64,000 nt of DNA from Carpediemonas membranifera BICM (lineage: Eukaryota > Protista > Fornicata), in contig JAHDYR010000014.1 in the NCBI GenBank assembly GCA_019828565.1, positions 1-64,000 on the forward strand, read 5' to 3'. The notes beneath the pieces are model-generated. The model was not told the DNA's origin. It saw only the letters and a list, made by a program, of their open reading frames with translations, and did not search any database. Both the position numbers and the translations under genes were made by a program. Below are positions 47,755-60,118 of this stretch, one piece after another; the stretch's first letter is position 1, and every line of letters begins with the position of its first letter.

Positions 47755-47810
47755 CTGGAACCAATTCTGGAACCATTTGTTCCAGAAAAGGTACCAGAAT
47801 TGACTGCATG
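47755..47810 (-). repeat. Right TIR
   Basis: Exact reverse complement of 26594-26649. Confidence 0.97.
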
Positions 47811-50631
47811 GGATGGGCATCATTGCCAGCGTGAAGAGTGCGGGCGAGAGCGGGTCACCCTGGTGGATGCCCTCGCGGCTGTCAATGACCTTGCCAGTCG
47901 GCGTAAGCAGCTTGCCCTCTCTGTACATCGTAGTGAAGTATGGGAGTGCGGCTGGGGCATAGGCCTGCAGTACTGCATGAAGGTGAGCCCGGGACACTGT
48001 GCCATACGCATTGGACATGTCCACAGCACAGACCTTGTGGCCCGACTCGTAGGCCTCGGCGATCTTGTTGGTCATGATGTCCAGGCCGCAGCTCTCACCC
48101 AGCCCATACTGCTCTGGGCAGACCCCATCGTCCCGGAGGCGGGCCGAGACGGCTGAGGCAAGGACCTTCGCGGCAAGGCGTCGGAGAGACTCGCCCATAG
48201 CGATGGGTCTGACGCGATCTTGGCCCTTTGGTAGCGCGATGAGCCGTGCGTGCGCGAGGATGCTTGTGTACTCCTCTCCTGCGATGATATCTCTCACGAG
48301 AGGTAGCAGCGCCTGGACAAGCTTGCCTTTCCGCAGTCTGTGGGCCAGTTTGAGATGCAAGAAGCTCAGCCCGGATGGGCCCGGTGCCGAGTCCGCCCTC
48401 ATCCTTCCTAGGGCTTCGTCAACCGCCTCGAACGTGATCTCAAAGGACGTCAGTGCGTCGGTGTGGGGTGTGAGTGCCGGTGTCTGGGGATCGTGAAGTG
48501 GGGTGGCCTGCATTTCCTCCAGCTTCTGGTCGATCTCTCCCGGTGTCAGTGTCATTTCCGCCGAAAGCAGGACCTTCATGGCGCTTGAATAGTACCCTGC
48601 GGCGGCCTTCGAGTATGCAGCTCGCTCCGGAGAGCGGGCCCGGAGAGAAAACGCCCTTCTTCCCAGGGCGGTATACGGTCCGCGCGTGCCGAAGGACGGC
48701 GGCTAGCGCCTCTCGCTTCCGACTCTCCGGGGCGTTGGCAAGGGCCACGAGCATCTGGATCAGCCCGTTCACAAACCTGGCTGCCGCCTTTCGCGATGGC
48801 TTTGATCGGCCGATACGGCCGGCTTCAGCTGGATGGGGAAGGAACGCCAGTTCGAGGGGCAGGTCGCCTGCGATGGGGGTCAGTTGGTGGCATGGGGAGG
48901 AGTGCGGCTCTCGGTCTCCGCTGGGTCAGACTGGGTCTGGTGTGCGGTGGACCACCGGTTGTGGGGTCCTGCCGGAGTCCGCAGGCCTCCCTCATGAAGT
49001 AGACCAACCTTGGTGTGAACTCGCGGAACCCTTTCGGGAAGCTGTAGGGTGGCCGCCTGTCCGGCTCGTCCGCGAAGAGGCCCTCGAGAAGCTGTGTCCA
49101 GCGTTCACGTGACATCCTGTGGACGCCATTCTGCCCGCCGGACACTTCTCCGACCCGGACTGCTGTCGTGAGTGTGGACCTTACCTGCTCGGCCGAGCCC
49201 CAATGAGACTCGACCAGGTGGGTCGGGATGTTTGCGGTGAACCTATGCCGGAGTCGATCCAGCTTGGCAAGGCTCAGCCACCCCTGGGTAGGCGTGGATG
49301 ATGCTGGCCCAGGGTGCGCCTCCGTGATCTGGTTAAGAGCGCCAGGAGGGCCTGTGTACACAAATGTACGTGGTTCAGGGCCTTGGCTTGCCTACGGCGG
49401 CGGGCGAAGGGGAGGGTTGGCTGAGTCACCACGGGCTTCGTGCCCGGTCTCTGGCTCAGCTCTCTCCCCTTCCCCGCCTTCGACGCCCGCCAGGGAGAGG
49501 AACTCGGACACTGCGGTGTCGTCGATGTTCCTCTCCTCTGGCTGGGTGGGGGCAACCTGGGCGGGGGTCTGGCGCGTGGGCCTGTCACCCTGCGGGGCGG
49601 TTGCGGGCTGCGGCCCAGTTAGGGCGGCAGCGGAGTCGGTGGGGGCAGCCTGGGCAGGGGTGGTGTCGGTAGACCGGTCATCCCGCTGGGCGGCTGCGGG
49701 CTGCGGCCCAGTTAGGGCGGCAGCGGAGTCGGTGGGGGCAGCATCGGCAGGGGTGGGGCTCGGGGGCCTATCACCCTGCTGTTGACGGTCTGCGCGGCCA
49801 GCAGCTACGCGACACGCGTATGCTTCTGCCTCGAGGAAGGCAGTGCGGTCTCGCGCAGGGCTTGCCGGGCGGGCCTCCTCGACACGGCTGATCAGTTGGG
49901 CGTATGACTGACGCCCGGTCTTGGCGCGGCGAGCGGCGATCTCGGACGGGCGGAGCGGACGAGGGTGCTCCCTCATGAGCTGCTCATCGGTCCTTCTGCC
50001 CCGTATCACGCGCTCGAGGGCCTCGTTGGCACGATCAATCGAGATCGTAGCAGTGAACACCTGGTTGGTGGCTGCGGCGTGAAGAAGTGAAGTGGCATTG
50101 GCGATGTGGTCATCACGGCGGGATGCCTTCGGCTTATGGCCTGGCCCGAAGCGGTTTGTGGCCGCATGAACGTAGTCCGTGATCAAAGAAAGGTTGTTGA
50201 TCGTGAAGAAGCGTTTGTTGTCCGTCACAAGGCGCAATAAACGATCTTTGTTCATACAAACCTCGATGAAGGCCTCAGCGTTCTTCGGCCACGAGCCTTT
50301 CGGGCAGTGCTGACGAATTTCGTCCATTACGCGCAGGAGCGCAGCGAACAGCGCTAGTTTCAGGTAATTCGTGTCACCTGGTCCGTCATCGGATGTATGG
50401 CAGGATTCGTCGCCTTGCGGCGGCGAATCGAGCAACTTTCCTCTGGATACCATGGCCGAATTTACTTTCCCAGGTTGTCCGAACGACACGCGACTCCGCG
50501 GAATTTCGAGCAACCACTCTCGCGCAGGGGCAGGGGATGCGTTATGCGATGCGGCGATGGGGCGGGAGGCGCAGGGGGGCTCGGGGACGACGCAGCCTAG
50601 AGTGGCCGAGTCAGCCGAGTCGCGACTCCGG
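47811..50631 (-). mobile_element. Retrotransposon unit 6, 5' half (N1 N-terminus, B-type linker, C-type RT), ATG at 50453
   Basis: Removing the insertion and one GG restores LAMMPILKSLRSQ, collinear with LAMTPLLGSLRSQ in unit 4. Confidence 0.9.
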
Positions 50632-53600
50632 CATTTTGTGGGGAGGGCAGATTATTGGTGGTGCTCGGCCCAACGGGCCTTGCACTGGGAGACATAGTCC
50701 GACCAGACGGTCTGGTTGTCCGCCCAGATGGACCAGAATACCCGGTCACGGATGGCGCCCACGAGGGCCGGCCTGCGAATCGCGGCACAGAGGCGGGCGA
50801 CCCAGCACTCGGTCAGACGGGACTCAGTCTCGCCCAGAACCGTGCAGGCAGCAGGCACGAAGGTGACCTGCCAGTTGCGGTACTCGCGGAGCTTCTCTAG
50901 CTCAGCCTCCCGCGGGTGCAGGCTGACCACGAAGTCGACATAGACTTCCTCGTGGACACGGTTCCCGACCACGTCTCTCTCGCCTGCCACCATGAGGGTC
51001 GGCCACCTTGCGTCTGGGCGCTTCGGTATCGGCCTGCTGGTAGCGGGGGTGACGAGAGGTGAGCGCGACCTCGGCCTGGCAACGGGCCATGGGTCGACCT
51101 CTAACGTCGTCGTCGGTCAACACGGCGCTCACAGCGTCTCTAACATGGTTGTGACGCTCGGTGTGGGCGGTTCCCTTGGTGTGTGGGCACGAGAGGGCAT
51201 GCTGCCAGGTGCAGCGCTGGGCCTGACACAGGGGGGCAAGTCTCGGGCCACTCTTCGAACGGGGCGACATCCAGGTGTGCCCTGGCAATTGGGACAAATA
51301 TTGAGCCAACAGGCTTCGATTCTAGCTCAATTGGGGTGAGTGCGGCCTCTTGCCGGAGAATTCCAGCCGCCGGGGCAGCGCGCTGGGAGGAGTCGTTCAG
51401 GGCCTGAGTGGCCGCATTGCGGTCCAAGTTGAAGTCAGACGGCGTTGATGGGCGGTGCTGGACTGTCCAGGCGTCTCTATGGTACTTTGTGAGTTGTTTC
51501 TGAGGCTTTTTGGCCTCCATCTCATAGAGTTCGTCCTTGGTCCTAGGCCACTCTTCGGCGCCTTCAACGGTAAACAGGGCCTCGTCTAGGTGCACAGACC
51601 GGTCCGGAAGCAGCTGGTGCAGCTGGTGTTCCGTGCCCAAAAATGCGCATTTCCAGACGAGTGATGGGATTGGCATGCGGAGCCCGTAATCTCCATAATC
51701 GAGAGCCATTCTACGAGTTTTTGTCTTCCAGACCATCTCTTAGTTGCAGAATGTGCTCTACGCTGCGGCTAAGCATCTGCTCGAAGCGGGATGTCCTGCT
51801 TTCGTGCCTAATCGGCGACACAGCTCTGTAGATTGCGGATGGCATCGCAAGAATGCATGAACGAATCATATTCAGCGCAACGCTGGCCGCAGAAGGCCCT
51901 ACAGTCTCCACCATTTCCACGACGCGAGCAGTCGCCATCTCCATCTCCGAGAAGACATCATCGACAGCTCTTGCCTCACCATGAGCGTCACCAACAGGGA
52001 TTCCAACGGCTCTACCGTTGACTACCCGCTGAATGGCACCCGGGGAGCCAGCAGCGCTGATCACCATACACTTAGCCGTGTTCACGCGCATGCCGATGCG
52101 GCCACAAACCTCAGCCATCCGGTCGTAGAACCGATCAACTCGTGAGGCCGGCATGGACGCTGGCGCGATCAAGTAAGCATCGTCCTGATAGGGAGACCAT
52201 CCTGCACTCCTGGAACTCACCTCTGATCTGGTCCAGGACCGGCTTCATCGCCAGGGTGAACAGCAGCGGAGATATGGGGTCCCCTTGCTGGATGCCCTCC
52301 CGGGACGGGATGACAAGGCCTGTTGGTGTGATCATCTTGCCCCCGGCATACATCGTGTGCAGGTACGGTAGCAAGACCGGGGCCCACGCCTGTGCGACCT
52401 CAGACAGATGCTGCCGACTGACGGTTCCGTACGCATTGGACATGTCAACGGCGCACAGCTGCGCACCGCCGGCGTACGCTGTCTTCAGAATGTCACCCAT
52501 GCAGTCCAGGCCGCAGCTCTCGCCCAGTCCGAACTGCCCCTCGCACACACCATCGCCAATAATCCTCAGCCCGACATCGTGGGCTAGGACCTTGCCTGCG
52601 AGGCGTCTCAGGCTCTCGCCCATTGCAATGGGCCGGACCTTGGAGTCTCCCTTAGGCAGGGCAACGAGCCTCGAGTGCGACAGGATCTCAGTGTAGGGCT
52701 CCCCGTTGATGATGTCGTTGATCAGAGGCGTGACAGCAGCAACAAACTTGTGTTTGCGTAGGCGGTAGGCCAGCTTCAAGTGAAGGAAACTCAGGCCCGA
52801 GGGTCCCGGTGCCGAGTCTGCTTTGAGCCTGTCCAGGGCCCATGTCACAGACTCCGGGGTGACCTCATATGACTCCAGCGCACCCGCCCGTTGCTGTGGG
52901 TGGAAGAGACGTGGGTCTGCCATTGGCTCGGCCTGCAGCTCCACCAGCTTCTCGTCAACCTCGGTCGGGCTGAGGTCCATGTCCTCAGACAGGGAGGATC
53001 TTCAGGCCACTGGAGTAGTAGCCGGCCGAGGCCTTGGTGAAGGCCGAGCGCTCCTTGGTCCGGGTCCGCAGTGTCACCTGCTTCTTGGCGGGCTTGTACA
53101 CCGTCTGACCATGGGTCATGATGGCAATAAGGCCACGCCGTTTCTGCTGGGCAGGCACCTCGTTCAGGGCCTCCAACAGGTTGATGAGACCCTTCACGAA
53201 TGAGACCGCACCCTTCCTTGAAGGCTTCGACTTCCCAATCCTGCCGGCCTCCGTCGGGGGAGGGGAGGAACTTGAGGTCCCTCTGGGAGCTCTGGAAGGA
53301 TGGTCTCCGGCTGCGGGCGGGGAGCAGTGAGCCTTCTTCTGGCTGGCTGGGCCGTCCTTGGCTGCGGGACAGCTGGGAGAGCGGGGTCGACTGGCATACC
53401 CAACCCTTCCCTCATGAACGCCACGAACCTGGGTGCGAACGACTTCAGGCCTTGCGGGAACGCATACGAAGGCCGGTTCCTCGGGTGAGCCGCAAAGACC
53501 TGCTCGAGGAGAGTCGTCCAGCGTGCTCTGGACATGCGGTTCTGCCCGTTCTGCCCCCTGGAGAGCCAGCGGACGGCGTCGACAGACGTCAGCGTCGCGA

Positions 53601-54872
53601 CGACCTGGTCGTTGGTCGACCACATGTCTCTGTCTTCCCGCGGTACATGTGCGTCAAAGCTGCGGCGAACAGCGTCGATGGTCGTGCGGTCGAGCCACCC
53701 TGTGAGCCGGTGGGCGGGGGTCAACCTGCGGCGGCGGGCGAAGGGGGAGTTGGCTGAGTCACCACGGGCTTCGTGCTCGGTCTCTGGCTCAGCTCTCTCC
53801 CCTTCCCCGCCTTCGACGCCCGCCAGGGAGAGGAACTCGGACACTGCGGTGTCGTCGATGTTCCTCTCCTCTGGCTGGGTGGGGGCAACCTGGGCGGGGG
53901 TGGGGCTCGGGGGCCTGTCACCCTGCGGGGCGGCTGCGGGCTGCGGCCCAGTTAGGGCGACAGCGGAGTCGGTGGGGGCAGCATCGGCAGGGGGTGGGGC
54001 TCGGGGGCCTATCACCCTGCTGTTGACGGTCTGCGCGGCCAGCAGCTACGCGACACGCGTATGCTTCTGCCTCGAGGAAGGCAGTGCGGTCTCGCGCAGG
54101 GCTTGCCGGGCGGGCCTCCTCGACACGGCTGATCAGTTGGGCGTATGACTGACGCCCGGTCTTGGCGCGGCGAGCGGCGATCTCGGACGGGCGGAGCGGA
54201 CGAGGGTGCTCCCTCATGAGCTGCTCATCGGTCCTTCTGCCCCGTATCACGCGCTCGAGGGCCTCGTTGGCACGATCAATCGAGATCGTAGCAGTGAACA
54301 CCTGGTTGGTGGCTGCGGCGTGAAGAAGTGAAGTGGCATTGGCGATGTGGTCATCACGGCGGGATGCCTTCGGCTTATGGCCTGGCCCGAAGCGGTTTGT
54401 GGCCGCATGAACGTAGTCCGTGATCAAAGAAAGGTTGTTGATCGTGAAGAAGCGTTTGTTGTCCGTCACAAGGCGCAATAAACGATCTTTGTTCATACAA
54501 ACCTCGATGAAGGCCTCAGCGTTCTTCGGCCACGAGCCTTTCGGGCAGTGCTGACGAATTTCTTCCATTACGCGCAGGAGCGCAGCGAACAGCGCTAGTT
54601 TCAGGTAATTCGTGTCACCTGGTCCGTCATCGGATGTATGGCAGGATTCGTCGCCTTGCGGCGGCGAATCGAGCAACTTTCCTCTGGATACCATGGCCGA
54701 ATTTACTTTCCCAGGTTGTCCGAACAACACGCGACTCCGCGGAACTTGGGGTAACCACTCTCGCGCAGGGGCAGGGGATGCGTTATGCGATGCGGCGATG
54801 GGGCGGGAGGCGCAGGGGGGCTCGGGGACGACGCAGCCTAGAGTGGCCGAGTCAGCCGAGTCGCGACTCCGG
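50632..54872 (-). mobile_element. Retrotransposon unit 7, subfamily A; ORF 54694-50652 with several indels
   Basis: Near-identical to unit 2. Confidence 0.9.
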
Positions 54873-57800
54873 CATTTTTGTGGGGAGGGCAGATTATTGG
54901 TGGTGCTCGGCCCAACGGGCCTTGCACTGGGAGACATAGTCCGACCAGACGGTCTGGTTGTCCGCCCAGATGGACCAGAATACCCGGTCACGGATGGCGC
55001 CCACGAGGGCCGGCCTGCGAATCGCGGCACAGAGGCGGGCGACCCAGCACTCGGTCAGACGGGACTCAGTCTCGCCCAGAACCGTGCAGGCAGCAGGCAC
55101 GAAGGTGACCTGCCAGTTGCGGTACTCGCGGAGCTTCTCTAGCTCAGCCTCCCGCGGGTGCAGGCTGACCACGAAGTCGACATAGACTTCCTCGTGGACA
55201 CGGTTCCCGACCACGTCTCTCTCGCCTGCCACCATGAGGGTCGGCCACCTTGCGTCTGGGCGCTTCGGTATCGGCCTGCTGGTAGCGGGGGTGACGAGAG
55301 GTGAGCGCGACCTCGGCCTGGCAACGGGCCATGGGTCGACCTCTAACGTCGTCGTCGGTCAACACGGCGCTCACAGCGTCTCTAACATGGTTGTGACGCT
55401 CGGTGTGGGCGGTTCCCTTGGTGTGTGGGCACGAGAGGGCATGCTGCCAGGTGCAGCGCTGGGCCTGACACAGGGGGGCAAGTCTCGGGCCACTCTTCGA
55501 ACGGGGCGACATCCAGGTGTGCCCTGGCAATTGGGACAAATATTGAGCCAACAGGCTTCGATTCTAGCTCAATTGGGGTGAGTGCGGCCTCTTGCCGGAG
55601 AATTCCAGCCGCCGGGGCAGCGCGCTGGGAGGAGTCGTTCAGGGCCTGAGTGGCCGCATTGCGGTCCAAGTTGAAGTCAGACGGCGTTGATGGGCGGTGC
55701 TGGACTGTCCAGGCGTCTCTATGGTACTTTGTGAGTTGTTTCTGAGGCTTTTTTGGCCTCCATCTCATAGAGTTCGTCCTTGGTCCTAGGCCACTCTTCG
55801 GCGCCTTCAACGGTAAACAGGGCCTCGTCTAGGTGCACAGACCGGTCCGGAAGCAGCTGGTGCAGCTGGTGTTCCGTGCCCAAAAATGCGCATTTCCAGA
55901 CGAGTGATGGGATTGGCATGCGGAGCCCGTAATCTCCATAATCGAGAGCCATTCTACGAGTTTTGCCTTCCAGACCATCTCTTAGTTGCAGAATGTGCTC
56001 TACGCTGCGGCTAAGCATCTGCTCGAAGCGGGATGTCCTGCTTTCGTGCCTAATCGGCGACACAGCTCTGTAGATTGCGGATGGCATCGCAAGAATGCAT
56101 GAACGAATCATATTCAGCGCAACGCTGGCCGCAGAAGGCCCTACAGTCTCCACCATTTCCACGACGCGAGCAGTCGCCATCTCCATCTCCGAGAAGACAT
56201 CATCGACAGCTCTTGCCTCACCATGAGCGTCACCAACAGGGATTCCAACGGCTCTACCGTTGACTACCCGCTGAATGGCACCCGGGGAGCCAGCAGCGCT
56301 GATCACCATACACTTAGCCGTGTTCACGCGCATGCCGATGCGGCCACAAACCTCAGCCATCCGGTCGTAGAACCGATCAACTCGTGAGGCCGGCATGGAC
56401 GCTGGCGCGATCAAGTACGCATCGTCCTGATAGGGAGACCATCCTGCACTCCTGGAACTCACCTCTGATCTGGTCCAGGACCGGCTTCATCGCCAGGGTG
56501 AACAGCAGCGGAGATATGGGGTCTCCTTGCTGGATGCCCTCCCGGGACGGGATGACAAGGCCTGTTGGTGTGATCATCTTGCCCCCGGCATACATCGTGT
56601 GCAGGTACGGTAGCAAGACCGGGGCCCACGCCTGTGCGACCTCAGACAGATGCTGCCGACTGACGGTTCCGTACGCATTGGACATGTCAACGGCGCACAG
56701 CTGCGCACCGCCGGCGTACGCTGTCTTCAGAATGTCACCCATGCAGTCCAGGCCGCAGCTCTCGCCCAGTCCGAACTGCCCCTCGCACACACCATCGCCA
56801 ATAATCCTCAGCCCGACATCGTGGGCTAGGACCTTGCCTGCGAGGCGTCTCAGGCTCTCGCCCATTGCAATGGGCCGGACCTTGGAGTCTCCCCTTAGGC
56901 AGGGCAACGAGCCTCGAGTGCGACAGGATCTCAGTGTAGGGCTCCCCGTTGATGATGTCGTTGATCAGAGGCGTGACAGCAGCAACAAACTTGTGTTTGC
57001 GTAGGCGGTAGGCCAGCTTCAAGTGAAGGAAACTCAGGCCCGAGGGTCCCGGTGCCGAGTCTGCTTTGAGCCTGTCCAGGGCCCATGTCACAGACTCCGG
57101 GGTGACCTCATATGACTTCAGCGCACCCGCCCGTTGCTGTGGGTGGAAGAGACGTGGGTCTGCCATTGGCTCGGCCTGCAGCTCCACCAGCTTCTCGTCA
57201 ACCTCGGTCGGGCTGAGGTCCATGTCCTCAGACAGGAGGATCTTCAGGCCACTGGAGTAGTAGCCGGCCGAGGCCTTGGTGAAGGCCGAGCGCTCCTTGG
57301 TCCGGGTCCGCAGTGTCACCTGCTTCTTGGCGGGCTTGTACACCGTCTGACCATGGGTCATGATGGCAATAAGGCCACGCCGTTTCTGCTGGGCAGGCAC
57401 CTCGTTCAGGGCCTCCAACAGGTTGATGAGACCCTTCACGAATGAGACCGCACCCTTCCTTGAAGGCTTCGACTTCCCAATCCTGCCGGCCTCCGTCGGG
57501 GAGGGGAGGAACTTGAGGTCCCTCTGGGAGCTCTGGAAGGATGGTCTCCGGCTGCGGGCGGGGAGCAGTGAGCCTTCTTCTGGCTGGCTGGGCCGTCCTT
57601 GGCTGCGGGACAGCTGGGAGAGCGGGGTCGACTGGCATACCCAACCCTTCCCTCATGAACGCCACGAACCTGGGTGCGAACGACTTCAGGCCTTGCGGGA
57701 ACGCATACGAAGGCCGGTTCCTCGGGTGAGCCGCAAAGACCTGCTCGAGGAGAGTCGTCCAGCGTGCTCTGGACATGCGGTTCTGCCCGTTCTGCCCCCT

Positions 57801-59116
57801 GGAGAGCCAGCGGACGGCGTCGACAGACGTCAGCGTCGCGACGACCTGGTCGTTGGTCGACCACATGTCTCTGTCTTCCCGCGGTACATGTGCGTCAAAG
57901 CTGCGGCGAACAGCGTCGATGGTCGTGCGGTCGAGCCACCCCTGTGAGCCGGTGGGCGGGGTCAACCTGCGGCGGCGGGCGAAGGGGGGAGTTGGCTGAG
58001 TCACCACGGGCTTCGTGCTCGGTCTCTGGCTCAGCTCTCTCCCCTTCCCCGCCTTCGACGCCCGCCAGGGAGAGGAACTCGGACACTGCGGTGTCGTCGA
58101 TGTTCCTCTCCTCTGGCTGGGTGGGGGGGCAACCTGGGCGGGGGTGGGGCTCGGGGGCCTGTCACCCTGCGGGGCGGCTGCGGGCTGCGGCCCAGTTAGG
58201 GCGACAGCGGAGTCGGTGGGGGCAGCATCGGCAGGGGTGGGGCTCGGGGGCCTATCACCCTGCTGTTGACGGTCTGCGCGGCCAGCAGCTACGCGACACG
58301 CGTATGCTTCTGCCTCGAGGAAGGCAGTGCGGTCTCGCGCAGGGCTTGCCGGGCGGGCCTCCCTCGACACGGCTGATCAGTTGGGCGTATGACTGACGCC
58401 CGGTCTTGGCGCGGCGAGCGGCGATCTCGGACGGGCGGAGCGGACGAGGGTGCTCCCTCATGAGCTGCTCATCGGTCTTTCTGCCCCGTATCACGCGCTC
58501 GAGGGCCTCGTTGGCACGATCAATCGAGATCGTAGCAGTGAACACCTGGTTGGTGGCTGCGGCGTGAAGAAGTGAAGTGGCATTGGCGATGTGGTCATCA
58601 CGGCGGGATGCCTTCGGCTTATGGCCTGGCCCGAAGCGGTTTGTGGCCGCATGAACGTAGTCCGTGATCAAAGAAAGGTTGTTGATCGTGAAGAAGCGTT
58701 TGTTGTCCGTCACAAGGCGCAATAAACGATCTTTGTTCATACAAACCTCGATGAAGGCCTCAGCGTTCTTCGGCCACGAGCCTTTCGGGCAGTGCTGACG
58801 AATTTCTTCCATTACGCGCAGGAGCGCAGCGAACAGCGCTAGTTTCAGGTAATTCGTGTCACCTGGTCCGTCATCGGATGTATGGCAGGATTCGTCGCCT
58901 TGCGGCGGCGAATCGAGCAACTTTCCTCTGGATACCATGGCCGAATTTACTTTCCCAGGTTGTCCGAACAACACGCGACTCCGCGGAATTTCGAGCAACC
59001 ACTCTCGCGCAGGGGCAGGGGATGCGTTATGCGATGCGGCGATGGGGCGGGAGGCGCAGGGGGGCTCGGGGACGACGCAGCCTAGAGTGGCCGAGTCAGC
59101 CGAGTCGCGACTCCGG
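54873..59116 (-). mobile_element. Retrotransposon unit 8, subfamily A; ORF 58938-54894 with several indels
   Basis: Near-identical to unit 2. Confidence 0.9.
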
Positions 59117-59557
59117 CATTTTGTGGGGAGGGCAGATTATTGGTGGTGCTCGGCCCAACGGGCCTTGCACTGGGAGACATAGTCCGACCAGACGGTCTGG
59201 TTGTCCGCCCAGATGGACCAGAATACCCGGTCACGGATGGCGCCCACGAGGGCCGGCCTGCGAATCGCGGCACAGAGGCGGGCGACCCAGCACTCGGTCA
59301 GACGGGACTCAGTCTCGCCCAGAACCGTGCAGGCAGCAGGCACGAAGGTGACCTGCCAGTTGCGGTACTCGCGGAGCTTCTCTAGCTCAGCCTCCCGCGG
59401 GTGCAGGCTGACCACGAAGTCGACATAGACTTCCTCGTGGACACGGTTCCCGACCACGTCTCTCTCGCCTGCCACCATGAGGTCGGCCACCTTGCGTCTG
59501 GGCGCTTCGGTATCGGCCTGCTGATAGCGGGGGTGACGAGAGGTGAGCGCGACCTCG
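59117..59557 (-). mobile_element. Retrotransposon unit 9, severely 5'-truncated (endonuclease end only), abutting unique DNA
   Basis: Identity ends at gacctcg|tccc; the ADLM frame is intact here. Confidence 0.9.
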
Positions 59558-60118
59558 TCCCGAAACCGTTCATAAGAAGATTGACGCCGATTACTCCACC
59601 CAACTTCGGCAGAGTGCTTTCACGTCAGATACCGTCTGACTGACATGCGCTTCCATGTTCAATATTCATGTCTGCAAGAATTTCTCAATCTCGTTTGCCG
59701 GAAGCAGTTTAGAAAACAACTCGAGTCGAGCATCTCACAATATTTATGACGCCCGCCTCATATAGGCGCTGAGCGAGGACAACGCAATCTGACTGGTAAA
59801 CGACCAATTAAAGCCGGGACTTCCGTGTGAACATCACGCGTTGAAATCTCGTTTCTCAAGGGAGTTGAGGTTGGCGAGCAGTAGGATGCGGGAGCCCAGC
59901 CGCGTGACGCCCATCACCATTCAGACCAGGAGGCAGACTGCGAAGACAATGTCCAGCATCGAGCCGAGCAAGAAAATCATCTGATGATCAAAAATCAGAT
60001 AACCGATGGAAACACTACCCAACGGATCTACTACTACTGAATCACATTTAGGGGTGATTCGAATCGCGTTCGACTCAGGCGACCGTGATTCAGATTTTCC
60101 CAAGAAGACGAGAAGAAA

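Larger units (their letters stand above)
26594..47810. mobile_element. 21.2-kb cargo-carrying DNA transposon (CMC/Chapaev/Transib-like DDE), 56-bp TIRs, 2-bp GG TSD
   Basis: Perfect inverted termini, GG at 26592-93 and 47811-12, an internal transposase, and lower GC than the flanks. Confidence 0.92.
1..59557 (-). mobile_element. Head-to-tail tandem array of RLE-type non-LTR retrotransposons (CRE/MoTeR/Cnl1-like), about 10 units plus a mini-element, interrupted by two nested elements
   Basis: Near-identical ~4.2-4.6 kb units, all on the minus strand. The ORF has RT motifs (SAPGPSG, RPIAMGESLRRL, VDMSNAYGTV, GIQQGDPISP, YQDD), then CxxC-x8-H-x3-C, RHN/RHD and ADL...VYVDF...E-x-K-x2-EY. Confidence 0.93.

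Noticed and set aside
26594-47810. Polinton/virophage or endogenous virus
   Set aside because: No DNA polymerase B, capsid, packaging ATPase or retroviral integrase recognised, and the TSD is 2 bp rather than 5-6 bp.
50652-58938. Scattered frameshifts as real pseudogenisation or programmed frameshifting
   Set aside because: Almost all are 1-bp changes in homopolymer runs that differ between copies, typical of long-read error.
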